DNA of 64,000 bases from Malacoraja senta (lineage: Eukaryota). The notes under the pieces were generated by a model. It saw only the letters and a program-made list of their open reading frames with translations. It ran no database searches and was not told where the DNA came from. The stretch covers positions 9,612,001 to 9,676,000 of the forward strand of contig CM075994.1 in NCBI GenBank assembly GCA_038087875.1, given 5' to 3'. Position 1 is the first letter of the stretch. The number at the start of each line of letters is the position of its first letter. The translations under genes were made by a program, and so were the position numbers. Positions 1 to 15,189 of this stretch are shown here, piece after piece.

Positions 1-220
1 ACCGAGTGTAGATGTTGTTCACCCTTTCAACTGGTTCATCACTTTGGGTCTTTGGTACCAATCCGTTGTCAAAACTAAATGGCGGTTCAATGGTACGTCG
101 CTGGCCTGTCGTTCAGAAGCCCACTGACGTGATACTCTTCACCCTAAACCGCTGCCTACACTGCGGGACTGGAAACCAGACTTCTGACAACACCGGGATG
201 GGCTGATCCCATCCAACGGA

Positions 221-610
221 CGCAGAGTGCTGGAGTAACTCAGCGGGTCAGGCAGCATCTGTGGAGAACATGAATAGGTGACGTTTCAGAGTGCTGGAGA
301 AACTCAGCGGGTCAGGCAGCATCTGTGGAGAACATGGATAGGTGACGTTTCACAGAGTGCTGGAGTAACTCAGCGGGTCAGGCAGCATCTGTGGAGAACA
401 TGGATAGGTGACGTTTCAGAGTGCTGGAGTAACTCAGCGGGTCAGGCAGCATCTGTGGAGATTGTGGGTAGGTGACGTTTCACAGAGTGCTGGAGTAACT
501 CAGCGGGTCAGGCAGCATCTGTGGAGAACATGGATAGGTGACGTTTCAGAGTGCTGGAGTAACTCAGCGGGTCAGGCAGCATCTGTGGAGAACGTGGGTA
601 GATGACGTTT
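221..610. repeat. Tandem repeat, ~6 x 64-66 bp, derived from the Penelope pLTR
   Basis: Unit CAGAGTGCTGGAGTAACTCAGCGGGTCAGGCAGCATCTGTGGAGAACATGGATAGGTGACGTTT(CA). Confidence 0.9.
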
Positions 611-1461
611 CGGGCCGTGAACTATCTTCAAGGGTCCCGTCCCGAGCTGGCCCCCATCTATGTTCTCCAGAGATGCTGCCTGACACCCCCCAGTTACTCC
701 AGCACTCTGTCTTTCTTTGGTGTAAACTAGCACCTGCAGTTCCTTCGTTATTACACCTTGCAGGCCTGCGACTGCCCTCAAATCCTCGAGACGGAGACAG
801 AGAGCGCCATGGGTGACCGGGACTCAGATAAAGAACTCCCAGAAGTGAACAGGGTTGAACAGAGAATAATCCACCTTAGACAAGACACAAAATGCTGGAG
901 TAAACTCAGCGGCTCAGGCAGCATCTCTGGAGAGAGGGGACTTTTGTGTCTGAAGAAGGGCCTCGACCCGAAACGTCACCCGTTCCCTCTCCAGAGATGC
1001 CGCCTGTCCCGCTGAGTTACTCCAGCATTTTGAGCCTATCGATGGTGTAAACCAACATCTGCAGTTCCTTCCCAAGACAGATAATTCACCCTGCCATGTC
1101 TTCACAAACACACACACACAAGCGGTTCATTTTTGTGTTGATGAAACGTTTTAAAGTTTGTTTTTGTTCCCCCACTGAAAAGAAATCCATTGGCACCAAC
1201 TTCAGTTCACGACTGTGAATGGGGACAGGGGAGTGGAAGCGGCAATAACAGAATAATGTGGTTTTGGAGGGGGTGGGGAGGGGGGGTTAGGGAGGGAGAG
1301 AGGGAGAGAGGGGAGGAGAAGGCAAAGAGTTTCTTTTGTTAAAGTGAACACTGTTTACAGCCTCGTGGCATATCATCTGTCTGCGGGCCCGCTGTTAAAC
1401 AGACATCTTTTCTTGAGGAGTTGCCCGGGTCTCGCTCTCTCTCTCGCTCTCTCTTCTTTCT

Positions 1462-1552
1462 CTAACGGATAGTCTTGACTGGGCTTTTGAAGTTGCTGGC
1501 AGCTTGGAGCTGGAGTTGGTAGGCCATGGGGTGTATCTTGAAGCCGTAGAGT
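1462..1552 (-). CDS. CSNK2B: CK2 beta last coding exon ([29 protein letters not shown])
   Basis: 91 nt to TAG at 1464-1462, CTCTCCAG acceptor; conserved C-terminus. Confidence 0.97.
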
Positions 1553-4500
1553 CTGGAGAGAAGGGGGGTAAAAGGGGGAAAGAGATGGAGAGAGTTAACG
1601 GCGATGGAGCGGAGGACAGGAGCGAGAAGGTGGAGGAGGCAGAGACCCGGCTTCGATCCCGACTATGGGCGCTGTCTGTACGGAGTTTGCGCGTTCTACC
1701 CGTGACCTGCGTGGGTTTTCTCCGGGAGCTCCGGTTTCCTCCCACACTCCTTAAACGCACTAGGTTTGTAGACTAATTGGCTTCGGTAAAAATTGTAAAT
1801 CCCACACACCCTAGTATGTGTAGGATAATGTTAAGTATGCGGGAATCGCTGGTCAGTGCAGACTCGGTGGGCCGAAGGGCCTGTTTCCGCGCTGTATCTC
1901 TAATCTAAACTAACTTAAGCTTCCTATCTGAAGATACGTGATCTCCTGGTTGCTCAGCACTTCAACTCCCCCTCCCATTCCCACACTGACCTTTGTCCTG
2001 GGCCTCCTCCACTGTCAGAGTGAGGCCAAACACAAATTGGAGGAACAGCGCCTCATATTTCGCTTGGGCAGCTTACACCCCAGCGGTATAGAAACATAGA
2101 AAATAGGTGCAGGAGTAGGCCATTCGGCCCTTCGAGCCCGCACCACCATTCAATATGATCATGGCTGATCATCCAACTCAGTATCCTGTACCTGCCTTCT
2201 CTCCATACCCCCTGATCCCTTTAGCCACATATAACTCCCTCTTAAATATAGCCAATGAACTGGCCTCAACTACCTTCTGTGGCAGAGAATTCCAGAGATT
2301 CACCAGTCTCTGTGTGAAAAATGTTTTTCTCATCTCGGTCCTAAAAGACTTCCCCCTTATCCTTAAACTGTGACCCCGTGTTCTGGACTTCCCCAACATC
2401 GGGACCAATCTTCCTGCATCTAGCCTGTCCAACCCCTTAAGAATTTTGTAAGTTTCTATAAGATCCCCCCTGAATCTTCTAAATTCTAGCGAGTACATCT
2501 TTAAGTAACCCATGCATCCACCAGCTTTTGTGTTTATCCTTCGGTTTAAACCAGCATCCCAGGAATGAGTGGGTTAACATATGATGAGCGTTTGACGGCA
2601 CTGGGCCTGTACTGGCTGGAGTTTAGAATGATGAGGAGGGGGGGGGGGGGGGGGACCTCATTGAAACTTGCCAAAAAGTGAAAGGCCTGGATAGCGTGGA
2701 TGTGGAGAGGAATTTCCTTCAGTCAGAGGGTGGTGAATCTGTGGAATTCTTTGCCAGACAGCTGTGGAGGCCAAGTCAGTGGATATGTTGAAGGCAGAGA
2801 CTGATTCTCGATTCGTACGGGTGTCAGGGGTTATGGAGAGAAGGCAGGAGAATGGGGGTTGAGAGGGAGAGATAGATCAGCCAGGATTGAATGGCGGAGT
2901 AGACTTGATGGGCCAAATGGCCTAATTCTGCTCTTATCACTTTATGATCTGCAGTAGCTCCCTAAACTTCCTCTCCCAGCGGCCATGCAACACCTCCTGA
3001 ACACGACATGCAGGTTTTCTTCCTCAATCTGCTCCTGTGATCTGTAGCTGGCGTTCAACGTCCAAACCTGGCAACTCTCTGCCTGCTGTTACCAGAAGTG
3101 GATTTGCAATCATGCATTCCGATCGCTTCACCCTTTTAAACCCTTAATCCATCAGCAGCATTTCTGACTTTATCTTGCACTGAATGTCATCAGGAAATAG
3201 GAGCAGAATTAGGCCATTCGGCCCATCCAGTCCACCCCGCCATTCAATCATGGCTGATCTATCTCTCCCTCCTCACCCCCATTCTCCCGCCTTCTCCCCA
3301 TAACCTCCGACACCCGCACTCATCAAGAATCTATCTCCCTCTGCCTTAAAAACGTTACTCCCCTTAACGTGGTGGTGCCGCGCCAGAGCTGCTGACTGAC
3401 AGCACCAGAGGCCCGGGTTCGATCCTGACCGCGGGCGCTGTCTGTACGGAGTTTGCACGTTCTCCCCGTGAGTTTTCTCCGGGAGCTCCGGTTTCCTCCT
3501 ACACTCGAATGACGTACGGGTTTGTAGGTTATTTGGCTTGGATTAATTGGAAATTGTCCCATGTGTGTGTAGGATAGTGTTGGTGGGTGCATTCAGAAAC
3601 AAAACTCTGACATAGGCCACGAAAGTACATTACATAAGTCAATTCAGTAACATGCATCTCTGCATTTCAGTTTGAGTTTGGTTTGGCGAACTCTAAAGCA
3701 ATGAAAAAAAGAAACAAAAAATGCAGGTCAGGCGGCATCTCTGGAGAACATGTATAGGGGACGTTTCGGGTCTGGACCTTTCCTCCGTTCTTTCTGGGGG
3801 AGTTAAGCACTTTCTAGGGGCGTGAAGGGGCAGGACTGGCCAGGTTTTGGTGTGTGGGATTGTTACAATAGACAACAGGTGCAGGAGGAGGCCATTCGGA
3901 CCTTCGAGCCAGCACCGCCATTCCCTGTTATCATGGCTGATCATCCCCAATCAGTACCCCGTTCCTGCCTACTTCCCATATCTCCTGACTCCGCTATCTT
4001 TAAGAACCCTATCTAGCTCTCCCTTGAAAGTATCCAGAGAACCGGCCTCCACATCCCTCTGAGGCATAGAATTCCAGATTCACAAACCTCTGTGTGAAAA
4101 AGTTTTTCCTCATCTCCATTCTAAATGCTTTACCACTTATTCTTAAACTGTGTGGCCCCTGGTTCTGGACTCCCCCAACATCGGGAACATGTTTCCTGCC
4201 TCTAGCGTGTCCAAACCCTTAATAATCTTATATCTTTCAATGAGATACCCTCTCATCCTTCTAAATTCCAGAGTATACAAGCCGAGCCGCTTCATTCTAT
4301 CAACATATGACAGTCCCGTCATCCCGGGAATTAACCTGGTGAACCTACGCTGCACTCCCTCAATAGCAAGACCTACGTTCAGTCCCTCAATACCTGATGT
4401 TATTGGGGTGCTGACCCAACATGTCACCCATTCCTCTTCTCCAGAGATGCTGCCTGACCCGCTGAGTTACTCCAGCATTTTGTGTCCATCTTCAATCATT

Positions 4501-4672
4501 AACGTGTAGGAACTACAGTCAGTGGTTCAAACCGAAGATAGACACAAAACGCTGGAGTAACACAGCAGGACAGGCAGCATCTCTGGAGGGAAGGAATGGG
4601 TGATGTCTCAGGTCTTCTTCAGACTGAAGGGTCTCAACCCGAAAGGTCACACCCAGAGATGCTGCCAAGTCC

Positions 4673-7600
4673 TACAGTAAGATTGTTACACCTAAGGTAC
4701 TGGAAGAGAGTAGGTGGGTGACGGTGAGAAAGGGAGGGAAGCATGGAATGCAAACGTCCCCGGGTGTTGTACCTCTTGTGAACAGGTTCACCCACTTAGA
4801 AGTCGTCGGGACAGAAGACGTTATTACACTGAGCGGCGGACTGGCTTGCGAAGCAAAAAGGGCTGTTGAGCCAAAACCAAAGAGGCCAACGTCAGGCAAC
4901 GCCATTGTAGTGGGAGACTCCATTGTGAGAGGTACGGACAGGGGTTTCTGCGGCAAAAGACGGGATTCGAGGATGGTGTGCTGCCTTCCTGGTGCCAGGA
5001 TCCAGGATGTCATGGACAGAGTGCAGAAAATCCTCAAGGGCGAAGGTGAACAGTGGTAGTGCATGTCGGCACAAACGATGTCGGAAAGAAGGGGATGAAT
5101 ATTCTGCAGCGTGACTTTAGAGAGCTCGGAAAAATGGTGAAAAGCAGGATCTCCAGGGTTGTTATCTCCGGTTTGCTTCCAGTTCCTCATGCTGGCGAGA
5201 GCAGGAACAGGGAGATACGGGACCTGAATGTGTGGCTGAGGAACTGGTGCACGGGGCAGGGATTTAGATTCTTAGATCACTGGGATCTGTTTTGGAGTAA
5301 AAGGGAACTGTACAAAAGGGACGGATTGCATCTTAACAGGTGGGGGACCAGCATTCTGGCAGGCAGGTTTGCCATTGCTACACGGATGGTTTTAAACTGA
5401 ATAAGGGGGTTGGGGTGTCAAATGGGATAGTCGAGGATGGAGTTAAAGGGAAAGGGTTTCTTAAATGTGTGAGCAGAGAGAGGTGTAAAATGAGGGTTGA
5501 AGCAATAGGTAGCAAGGTGAAAAGTAAAAGTGGCAGGCAGACAAATCGAGGGCAAAAATCAAAAAGGGCCACTTTTCAACATAATTGTATAAGGGGTAAG
5601 AGTGTTGTAAAAACAAGTCAGAAGGCTTTGTGTCTCAATGCAAGGAGCATTCGTAATAAGCTGGATGAGTTGAATGTGCAGATAGCTATTAATGACTATG
5701 ATATAGTTGGGATCACGGAGACATGGCTACAGGGTGACCAACGCTGGGAGCTGAACATCCAGGGGTATTCAATATTCAGGAGGGATAGACAGAAAGGAAA
5801 AGGAGGTGGGGTAGCGTTGCTGGTTAGAGAAGAGATTAACGCAATAGAAAGGAAGGACATTAGCTTGGAGGATGTGGAATCGATATGGGTAGAGCTGCGA
5901 AACACTAAGGGGCAGAAAACGCTAGTGGGAGTTGTGTGCAGGCCACCTAACAGTAGTAGTGTAGTTGGGGATGGCATCAAACAGGAAATTGAAAATGCGT
6001 GCAACAAAGGTAAAACAGTTATAATGGGTGACTTCAATCTACATATAGATTGGGTGAATCAAATTGGCAGGGGTGCTGAGGAAGGGGATTTCTAGGAATG
6101 TATGCGGGAAAGTTTTCTAAACCAACATGTAGAGGAACCAACGAGAGAGCAGGCTATTCTAGACTTGGTATTGAGTAATGAGGAAGGGTTAGTTAGCAGT
6201 CTTGTTGTGCGTGGCCCCTTGGGCAAGAGTGACCATAATATGGTTGAGGTCTTCATTTGGATGGAGAGTGACATAATTAATTCAGAAACAAGGGTTCTGA
6301 ACTTAAAGAAAGGTAACTTTGAGGGTATGAGACGTGAATAGGCCAAGATAGACTGGCAATTGATTCTTAAAGGGTTGACGGTGGATATGCAATGGAAGGC
6401 ATTTAAAGGCTGCATGGATGAACTACAACAATTGTTCATCCCAGTTTGGCAAAAGAATAAATCAGGGAAGGTAGTGCATCCGTGGATAACAAGGGAAATC
6501 AGGGATAGTATCAAAGCAATAGATGAAGCGTACAAATTAGCCAGAAAAAGCAGCCTTCCAGAGGACTGGGAGAAATTCAGAGTCCAGCAGAGGAGGATAA
6601 AGGGCTTAATTAGGAAAGGGAAAATAGATTATGAAAGAAAACTGGCAGGGAACATAAAAACTGACTGCAAAAGTTTTTATAAATATGTGAAGAGAAAAAG
6701 ATTAGTTAAAACAAATGTAGGTCCCTTGCAGTCGCAAACAGGTGAATTGATCATGGGGAACAAGGACATGGCAGACCAATTGAATAACTACTTTGGTTCT
6801 GTCTTCACTATGGAAGACATAAATAATCTGCCGGAAATAGCAGGGGACCGGGGGTCAAATGAGATGGAGGAACTGAGTGAAATCCAGGTTAGCCGGGAAG
6901 TGGTGTTAGGTAAATTGAATGGATTAAAGGCCGATAAATCCCCAGGGCCAGATAGGCTGCATCCCAGATTACTTAAGGATGTAGCCCCAGAAATAGTGGA
7001 TGCATTAGTGATAATTTTTCAAAACTCTTTAGTTTCTGGAGTCGTTCCTGAGGATTGGAGGGTAGCTAATGTAACCCCACTTTTTAAAAAGGGAGGGAGA
7101 GAGAAAACGGGGAATTACAGACCAGTTAGTCTAACATCGGTAGTGGGGAAACTGCTAGAGTCAGTTATTAAAGATGGGATAGCAGCACATTTGGAAAGTG
7201 GTGAAATCATTGGACAAAGTCAGCTTGGATTTATGAAAGGTAAATCATGTCTGATGAATCTTATATAATTTTTCGAGGATGTAACTAGTAGAGTGGATAA
7301 GGGAGAACCAGTGGATGTGTTATATCTGGACTTTCAGAAGGCTTTCGACAAGGTCCCACATAAGAGATTAGTATACAAACTTAAAGCACACGGTATTGGG
7401 GTTCAGTATTGATGTGGATAGAGAACTGGCTGGCAGACAAGAAGCAAAGAGTAGGAGTAAATGGGTCCTTTTCAGAATGGCAGGCAGTGACTAGTGGGGT
7501 ACCGCAAGGCTCAGTGCTGGGACCCCAGCTATTTACAATATATATTAATGATTTGGACGAGGGAATTGAATGCAACATCTCCAAGTTTGCAGATGACACG

Positions 7601-8512
7601 AAGCTGGGGGGCAGTGTTAGCTGTGAGGAGGATGCTAGGAGGCTGCAAGGTGACTTGGATAGGCTGGGTGAGTGGGTAAATGCATGGCAGATGCAGTATA
7701 ATGTGGATAAATGTGAGTTTATCCACTTTGGTGGCAAAAACAGGAAAGTAGACTATTATCTGAATGGTGGCCAATTAGGAAAAGGGGAGATGCAACGAGA
7801 CCTGGGTGTCATGGTACACCAGTCATTGAAAGTAGGCATGCAGGTGCAGCAGGCAGTGAAGAAAGCGAATGGTATGTTAGCATTCATAGCAAAAGGATTT
7901 GAGTATAGGAGCAGGGAGTTCTACTGCAGTTGTACAGGGTCTTGGTGAGACCACACCTGGAGTATTGCGTACAGTTTTGGTCTCCTAATCTGAGGAAAGA
8001 CATTCTTGCCATAGAGGGAGTACAGAGAAGGTTCACCAGACTGATTCCTGGGATGTCAGGACTTTCATATGAAGACTGGATAGACTTGGCTTGTACTCGC
8101 TAGAATTTAGAAGATTGAGGGGGGCTCTTATAGAAACTTACAAAATTCTTAAGGGGTTGGATAGGCTAAATGCAGCAAGATTGTTCCCGATGTTGGGGGA
8201 AGTCCAGAACAAGGGGTCACAGTTTAAGGATAAGGGGGAAATCTTTTAGGACTGAGATGAGAAAAACATTTTTCACACAGAGAGTGGTGAATCTCTGGAA
8301 TTCTCTGCCACAGAAGGTAGTTGAGGCCAGTTCATTGGCTATATTTAAGAGGGAGTTAGATGTGGCCCTTGTGGCTAAAGGGATCAGGGGTATGGAGAGA
8401 AGGCAGGTACAGGATACGGAGTTGGATGATCAGCCATGATCATATTGAATGGCGGTGCAGGATCGAAGGGCCGAATGGCCTACTCCTGCACCTATTTTCT
8501 ATGTTTCTATGT
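4673..8512 (+). mobile_element. Near full-length CR1-clade LINE (esterase ORF1, APE-RT ORF2), inactivated
   Basis: ORF1 GDSIVRG/VGTND/DGLHLN (SGNH esterase). ORF2 LNARSI, ITETWL, MGDFN, GKSDH, YRPVSLTS, GVPQGSVLGP, KFADD. (TTCTATGT)n tail. Contains stops and frameshifts. Confidence 0.95.
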
Positions 8513-11500
8513 CCCGCTGAATTACTCCAGCTTGCTGCGTCTACCTTCAATGTTACTCCAGCTTTTTGTGTCTACTTTAATAATAATCCTTTGCTTTGCG
8601 TTGTAAGCGATCAGATCAGCAGTCAGAATGAGGGTCCCGACCCAAAACATCACCTGTCCATGTTCTCCAGAGATACTGCATGACTCGCTGAATTACTCCA
8701 GCACTTTGTGCCTTTTATTTTGTGTAAACCAGCATCTGCAGTTCCTTGTTTCTAAATCATGGGATTTCTCTGAAGGTTTAGTTTAGTTTAGAGATACAGC
8801 ACGCGGATACAGGCCCTTCGGCCCATCGAGTCCACCCCAACCAGCGTTCACCCCATACACTAACAGTATCCTACACACCATGGACAAATGACAATTTTTA
8901 CGGAAGCAAATTAACCTGCAAACCCGGAGTGTGAGTGGGAGGAAAGCGGAGCACCCGGGGAAAACCCACGCAGGTCACGGGGAGAACGTGCAAACTCTGT
9001 ACAGACAGCGCCCGTAGCCAGCATGGAACCCGGGTCTCTGGCGCTGTGAGGCAGCGACTCTACCGCTGAGCCACCGTGCCGCCCATTGATGCGCGACATT
9101 CCATCACGCCGAGCAGATCAGCAAGATCACAGTTACTCCCGGAAATTGAACTAAATCAACTAAAGATCTCAAGTTCAAGGAGGGGCAAATTCTGCATTAT
9201 TAACACGTCGGTGGGAACAGAGTGCACCTTAAATTCACTCAACAATTTCCAGGACATACCTGTCATTTTTCGCATTTCATTCGGCAATTGGTGCAGGAGT
9301 AGGCCATTCGGCCCTTCGAGCCAGCACAGCCATTCAATGTGATCATCCACAATCAGTACCCCGTTCCTGCCTTCTCCCCATATCCCCTGACTCCGCTATC
9401 TTTGAGAGCCCCATCTAGCTCTCTCTTGAAAGCATCCAGAGAACCTGCCTCCACCGCCCTCTGAGGCAGAGAATTCCAGACTCACAATTCTCTGTGTGAA
9501 AAGGTTTTTCCTTGTCTCCGTTCTAAATGGCCTACCCCTTATTCATAAACTGTGTGGCCCTTGGTTCTGGACTCCCCCCAACATCGGGAACATGTTTCCT
9601 GCCTCTAGCGTGTCCAAACCCTTAATAGTCTTATATGTTTCAATAAGATATCCTCTCATCCTTCTAAATTCCAGTGTATACAAGCCCAGTCGCTCCATTC
9701 TCTCAACATATGACAATCCCGCCATCCCGGGAATTAACTGGATCGTACGGACTATGCGGAGATGGGCCAGGAGCTCTGTGGTAACAATAGCGGACTAGTA
9801 ATTCAGGGTCGTGGACTAATTAATTCCACATCTCCATTTGTCATTGGGGAATCCATACTGAGTTTAGACTTTACATTAGAGTCCCAGCACGGAATCAGGC
9901 CCCACCACGCTGACCACCAATTGTCCCACACACCAGCACTATCCTACACACACTGGGGACTCTTCTACCGAAGCCAATTAACTGACAAACCCGCACGTCT
10001 TTGGAGTGTGGGAGGAAACCGGAGCACCCGGGGAAAACCCACGCAGGTCACGGGGAGAACGTAAAAACTCCGTAAAGGCAGCGCCCGTGGTCAGGATCGA
10101 ACCCGGGTCTCTGGCGGTGTAAGGAAGCGACTCGACCGCTTGGTAAATGGCGAGGCCCCACACAAGTTGATTAGTGGTAGGAGCAGAGTTAGGCCATTCG
10201 GCCCATCAAGTCTACGCCGCTATTCATTCATGACTGATTTATCTATCCCTCCCAACCCCATTCTCCTGCCATCCCCCCATAACCTCTAACACTGACACCC
10301 GTACTAATCAAGAATCTATCTATCTCTGCCTAAAAAATATCCATTGACTTGGCCTCCACAGCCCTCTGTGGCAAAGAATTCCTCAGACTCACCAGCCTCT
10401 GACTAAAGAAATTCCTCCTCATCTCCTTCCTAAAGGAACGTCCTTTAATTCTGAGGCTATGACCTCTGGTCCTAGACTCTCCCACTGGTGTCCTCTCGTC
10501 CTCGACTCTCTCGCTAGTGGAAAATGTCCTCTCCACGTCCACTCCTTTCACTATTCGGTAAGTTTCAGTGACGTCCCCCCCCCCCCCCCACCTCATCATT
10601 CTAAACTGCAGCGAGTACAGGCCCAGTGCCGTCAAACGCTCATCATACGTTAACCCACTCATTCCTGGGGTGATTCTGGTTAACTGGGGGAACAACTCTC
10701 CCCATGGTCACTATTGAGGGAGTGCAGCGTAGGTTCACCGGGTTAATTCCCGGGATGGCGGGACTGTCACATGCTGAGAGAATGGAGTGGCTGGGCTTGT
10801 ATACTCTGGAATTTAGAAGGATGAGAGGTAATCTTATTGAAAAATATAAGATTATAAAGGGTTTGAACAGACTAGAGGCAGGAAACATGTTCCCGATGTT
10901 GGGGGAGTCCGGAACCAGGAGCCAGTTTAAGAATAAGGGGTAAGCCATTTAGAACGGAGATGAGGAAACACGTTTTCACACAGAGAGTTGTGAGTCTGTG
11001 GAATTTTCTGCCTCAGAGGGCGGTGGAGGCCGGTTCCCTGGATACTTTCAAGAGAGAGCTAGATAGGGCTCTTAAAGATAGCGGAGTCCGAGGGATATGG
11101 GGAGAAGGCAGGAGCGGGTATTGATTGGGGATGATCAGCCATGATCACATTGAATGGCGGTGCTGGCCCGAAGGGCTGAATGGCCTACTTCTGCTCCTGT
11201 TGTCTATTGTCTGCCACGGTGGCTGGGGTGTCGGGAGCTGAGGCTAGACTGCTAGACTGCGGGGGGCTACCTCAAGACTAACCTTTAGAGGAGCAGCTTC
11301 CACTGTCCCACTGCGACACTAGTCTCTTGCGCCACACCAGTGTTCGCTGGTTGAGAACTCAGTCAGACTCACTCCGCACACGGTTCTTGGGGAAAGAGAG
11401 AGGATGCTTTCAGCCTGTCAGTCTGGTCTGGAATCCAACAACAGCCTCGGCTAGTGGAGGGGTGGGGCGGGGGGGAGGGGGTGAAGTGCCAACCCATCAC

Positions 11501-14500
11501 GATCCCCCACTGGGCAAAAGGCAAAGAAGTGCAAAAAAAACCGCACACCTCCAGATTCGGGGGCAGTTTCTTCCCAACCAGAGAGCGGAGCTGAACTGCT
11601 TTTTATTTAAAGAGATACAGCACGGAAACAGGCCCTTCGGCCCGCCGGGTCCGGGCCGACCAGCGATCCCCGCACAACACTATCCTGCACCCAACCAGGG
11701 ACAATTTTTACATTTATATCAAGCCAATTAACCTACAACCCGCACGCCTTTGGAATGTGGGAAGAAACTGAAGGTCTCGGAGAAAAACTCACGCAGGTCA
11801 CGGGGAGAACGTGCAAACTCTGCGCAGACAGCACCCGCAGTCGGGATGGAACCCGGGTCTCCGGCGCTGCATTTGCCCTAAGGCAGCAACTCTACCGCTG
11901 TCCGCCACCGTGACCGCCATCTCGGACTATCTTCGATCGGCCGTTACCTTGAACGGAACGTTATCCCCTTGTCATGTGTCCGCACACTGCAAACGGCTCG
12001 ACTGCAATCATGTTTTTGCCTTTCTGCCGGCTGTTTTTCACTGGACCTCGGAAAACGCGACAATGCACTCGACTGAACTGATACTATCGCCCCGGTTTTG
12101 GCTTCTGATTTGCAGCTCGTTCTAGGTTTGCCGAGAGAATTGATGAGGGCCACGACTTGAGGTGCAGCACCACCACACTCAGGAACAGCTTCCTCCCCCC
12201 CTCTCTTAACGCGCTTCTGAACGGCCCTTCCATAAGCTAGACTACTGTATGATAAACCTCTCCCCCATCCAGGAAGCTTTCTCTCGAACCGGTGCTCTGC
12301 AATGCTGAGAACTATATTCTCCGCCCTGGATCTTCCCCTTCATTCTCCCGATGACGCTGGAGTTTGGCTCGATTGTTTTTAAAGTATTTCACAATCGACA
12401 ATAGGTGCAGGAGTAGGCCATTCAGCCCTTTGAGCAAGCACCGCCATTCAATGTGATCATGGCTGATCATCCCCAATCAGTACCCCGTTCCCTCCTTCTC
12501 CCCATATCTTTAAGAGCCCTATCTAGCTCTCTCTTGAAAGTATCCAGAGAACCGGCCTCCACCGCCCTCTGAGGCAGAGAATTCCACAGGCTCACCACTC
12601 TCTGTGAGAAAATGTGTTTCCTCGTCTCCGTTCCAAATGGCTTACCCCAGAGAATTATATTCTGCATCCTTTATCTTCCCCTTCATTCCCCCTATTACGC
12701 TGTTCGGCTCGATTGTTTTTAAAGTGTAGTATTTCCTTATCTGATAGCATGCGAAACAAAGGTTGGAACGGGTGGCGCCGCTGGTAGAACTGGTAGTTCC
12801 TGAGGCAGTGTCTCCTAAACCCAGGATAAGCTGGGGTACTGTCCGATTCACCTCTACCCCATTGCGGACATTGGACTTTGTCTCTGGAACTGATGCGCAA
12901 CCATGCTGAGACCTACATTCTGCACTCTGTATCTTCCCCTTTGCTCTCCCTGTTGTACTTGAGTTGTCTTGGTTGTATTAGTGGAGAGTAATTGTCCGAT
13001 CGGCTTGGATAGTTTGCAATACATAGACAATAGGTGCAGGAGTAGGCCATTCGGCCCTTCGAGCCAGCACCGCCATTCAATGTGATCATGGCTGATCATC
13101 CACATACGAAGCTTTTCGCTGTACAACACATGACAATAATAAAGGGGTTGAGTATAGGAGCAAAGAGATCCTTCTGCAGTTGTACAGGGCCATAGTGAGA
13201 CCACACCTGGAGTATTGTGTGCAGTTTTGGTCCCCTAATTTGAGGAAGGACATTCTTGCTATTGAGGGAGTGCAGCGTAGGTTTACAAGGTTAATTTCCG
13301 GGATGGCGGGACTGTCATATGCTGAGAGAATGGAGCGGTTGGGCTTGTACACTGTGGAGTTTAGAAGGATGAGAGGGGATCTTATTGAAACATGTAAGAT
13401 CGTTAAGGGTTTGGACACGCTAGAGGCAGGAAACGTGTTCCCGATGTTGGGGGAGTCCAGAACCAGGGGCCACACAGTTTAAGAATAAGGGGTAAGCCAT
13501 TTACAACGGAGACGAGGAAACACTTTTTCTCACAGAGAGTGGTGAGTCTGTGGAATTCTCTGCCTCAGAGAGCAGTGGAGGCCAGTTCTCTGGATACTTT
13601 CAAGAGAGAGCTAGATGGGGCTCTTAAAGATAGCGGCGTCAGGGGATATAGGGGTGAAGGCAGGAACGGGGTACTGATTGGGGATGATCAGCCATGATCA
13701 CATTGAACGGCGGTGCTGGCTCGAAGGGCCGAATGGCCTACTCCTGCACCTATGGTCCATTGTCAGGCAAATGGGGCTAGCCCAGAATGGTCAGCATGGA
13801 CAGGGTGGGCTGAAGGGCCTGTTTCTGTGCTATATAACTCTGTGGCAGAGGGCAAGTAGAAACAATGCTAGTGGGTCCGTGTTTGACGGCACTGGGCCTG
13901 TACTCGCACGAGTTTAGAAGGACGAGGGGAACATCATTGAAACGTACCGAATAGTGAAAGGCCTGGATAGAGTGGATGGGGAGAGGATGTTTCCACTAGT
14001 GGGAGAGTCGAGGACCAGAGGGCACAGCCTTGGAATGATGGGACATTGCTTTCGAACAGTGGAGGAATTTCTTTCGTCAGAGGGTGGTGAATCTGTGGAA
14101 TTCATTGCCACAGACGGCTGTGGAGGCCAAGTCAGTGGATATTCAGGCGGAGATAGATAGATTCTCGATCAGAACGGGTGTCCAGGGTTACAGGGAGAAG
14201 GCCGGAGAATGGGGTTGAGAGGGAGAGATAGAGCAGCCAGGATTGAATGTAGATGGGCCGAATGGCCTGATTCTGCTGCTAGAACGTATGAATTATCCTC
14301 TGGTCCATTTTTACAATCTGCTGCCATTTTCTTGCAAGGATTTCAAGTGTCTGCCGAATGACTGTATAAAATCATGAGAGGAATAGATCGGGTAGATGCA
14401 CAGAATTTCTTGCCCAGAGGACGGGAATCGAGGACCAGAGGACACAGGTTCGAGGTGAAGGGGAAAAGATTTAATCGGAATCTAAGGTGTTTTAAGAAAG

Positions 14501-14789
14501 AACTGCAGATGCTGGAAAAATCGAAGGTAGACAAAAATGCTGGAGACACTCAGGGGGTGAGGCAGCATCTATGGAGCGAAGGAATAGCTGACGTCTGAGT
14601 TTCTCCAGCATTTCTGTCTACCATAGGAATCTGATGGGTAACATTTTCACACAAAGGGTGGTGGGTGCATGGAACAAGCTGCCAGAGGAGGTAGTTGAGG
14701 CTGGGACTCTCCCAACGTTGAAGAAACAGTTATTAGACAGGTACGTGGATAGGGATATGGACCAAGCGCAGGCAGGTGGGGCTGGTGTA

Positions 14790-15146
14790 GATGGGGCATG
14801 TTGGCCAGTGTGGGCAAGTTGGGCCGAAGGGCGTGTTTCCATGGGGCATGTTGGCCGGTGTGGGCAAGTTGGGTCGAAGGGCATGTTTCCATGGGGCATG
14901 TTGGCCGGTGTGGGCAAGTTGGGCCAAAGGGCATGTTTCCATGGGGCATGTTGGCCAGTGTGGGCAAGTTGGGCCGAAGGGCATGTTGGCCAGTGTGGGC
15001 AAGTTGGGCCGAGGGGCGTGTTTCCATGGGGCATGTTGGCCAGTGTGGGCAAGTTGGGCCGAAGGGCATGTTGGCCAGTGTGGGCAAGTTGGGCCGAAGG
15101 GCATGTTGGCCAGTGTGGGCAAGTTGGGCCGAGGGGCGTGTTTCCA
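14790..15146. repeat. Minisatellite, ~35/50-bp units
   Basis: GGGCATGTTGGCCAGTGTGGGCAAGTTGGGCCGAA repeated ~8 times. Confidence 0.9.
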
Positions 15147-15189
15147 CATCGTGTGACTGGAGAGCAGGAAGGGGGAGGCCCAGCCTTAC

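Noticed and set aside
221..610. Regular repeats resembling a CRISPR array (also 14790, 32884, 50188)
   Set aside because: Head-to-tail units without unique spacers, no cas genes, vertebrate context.
764..816. Possible terminal exon of a convergent plus-strand gene (TTGCAG|..LRLPSNPRDGDRERHG*)
   Set aside because: No recognisable homology and no upstream exon visible; cannot be supported.
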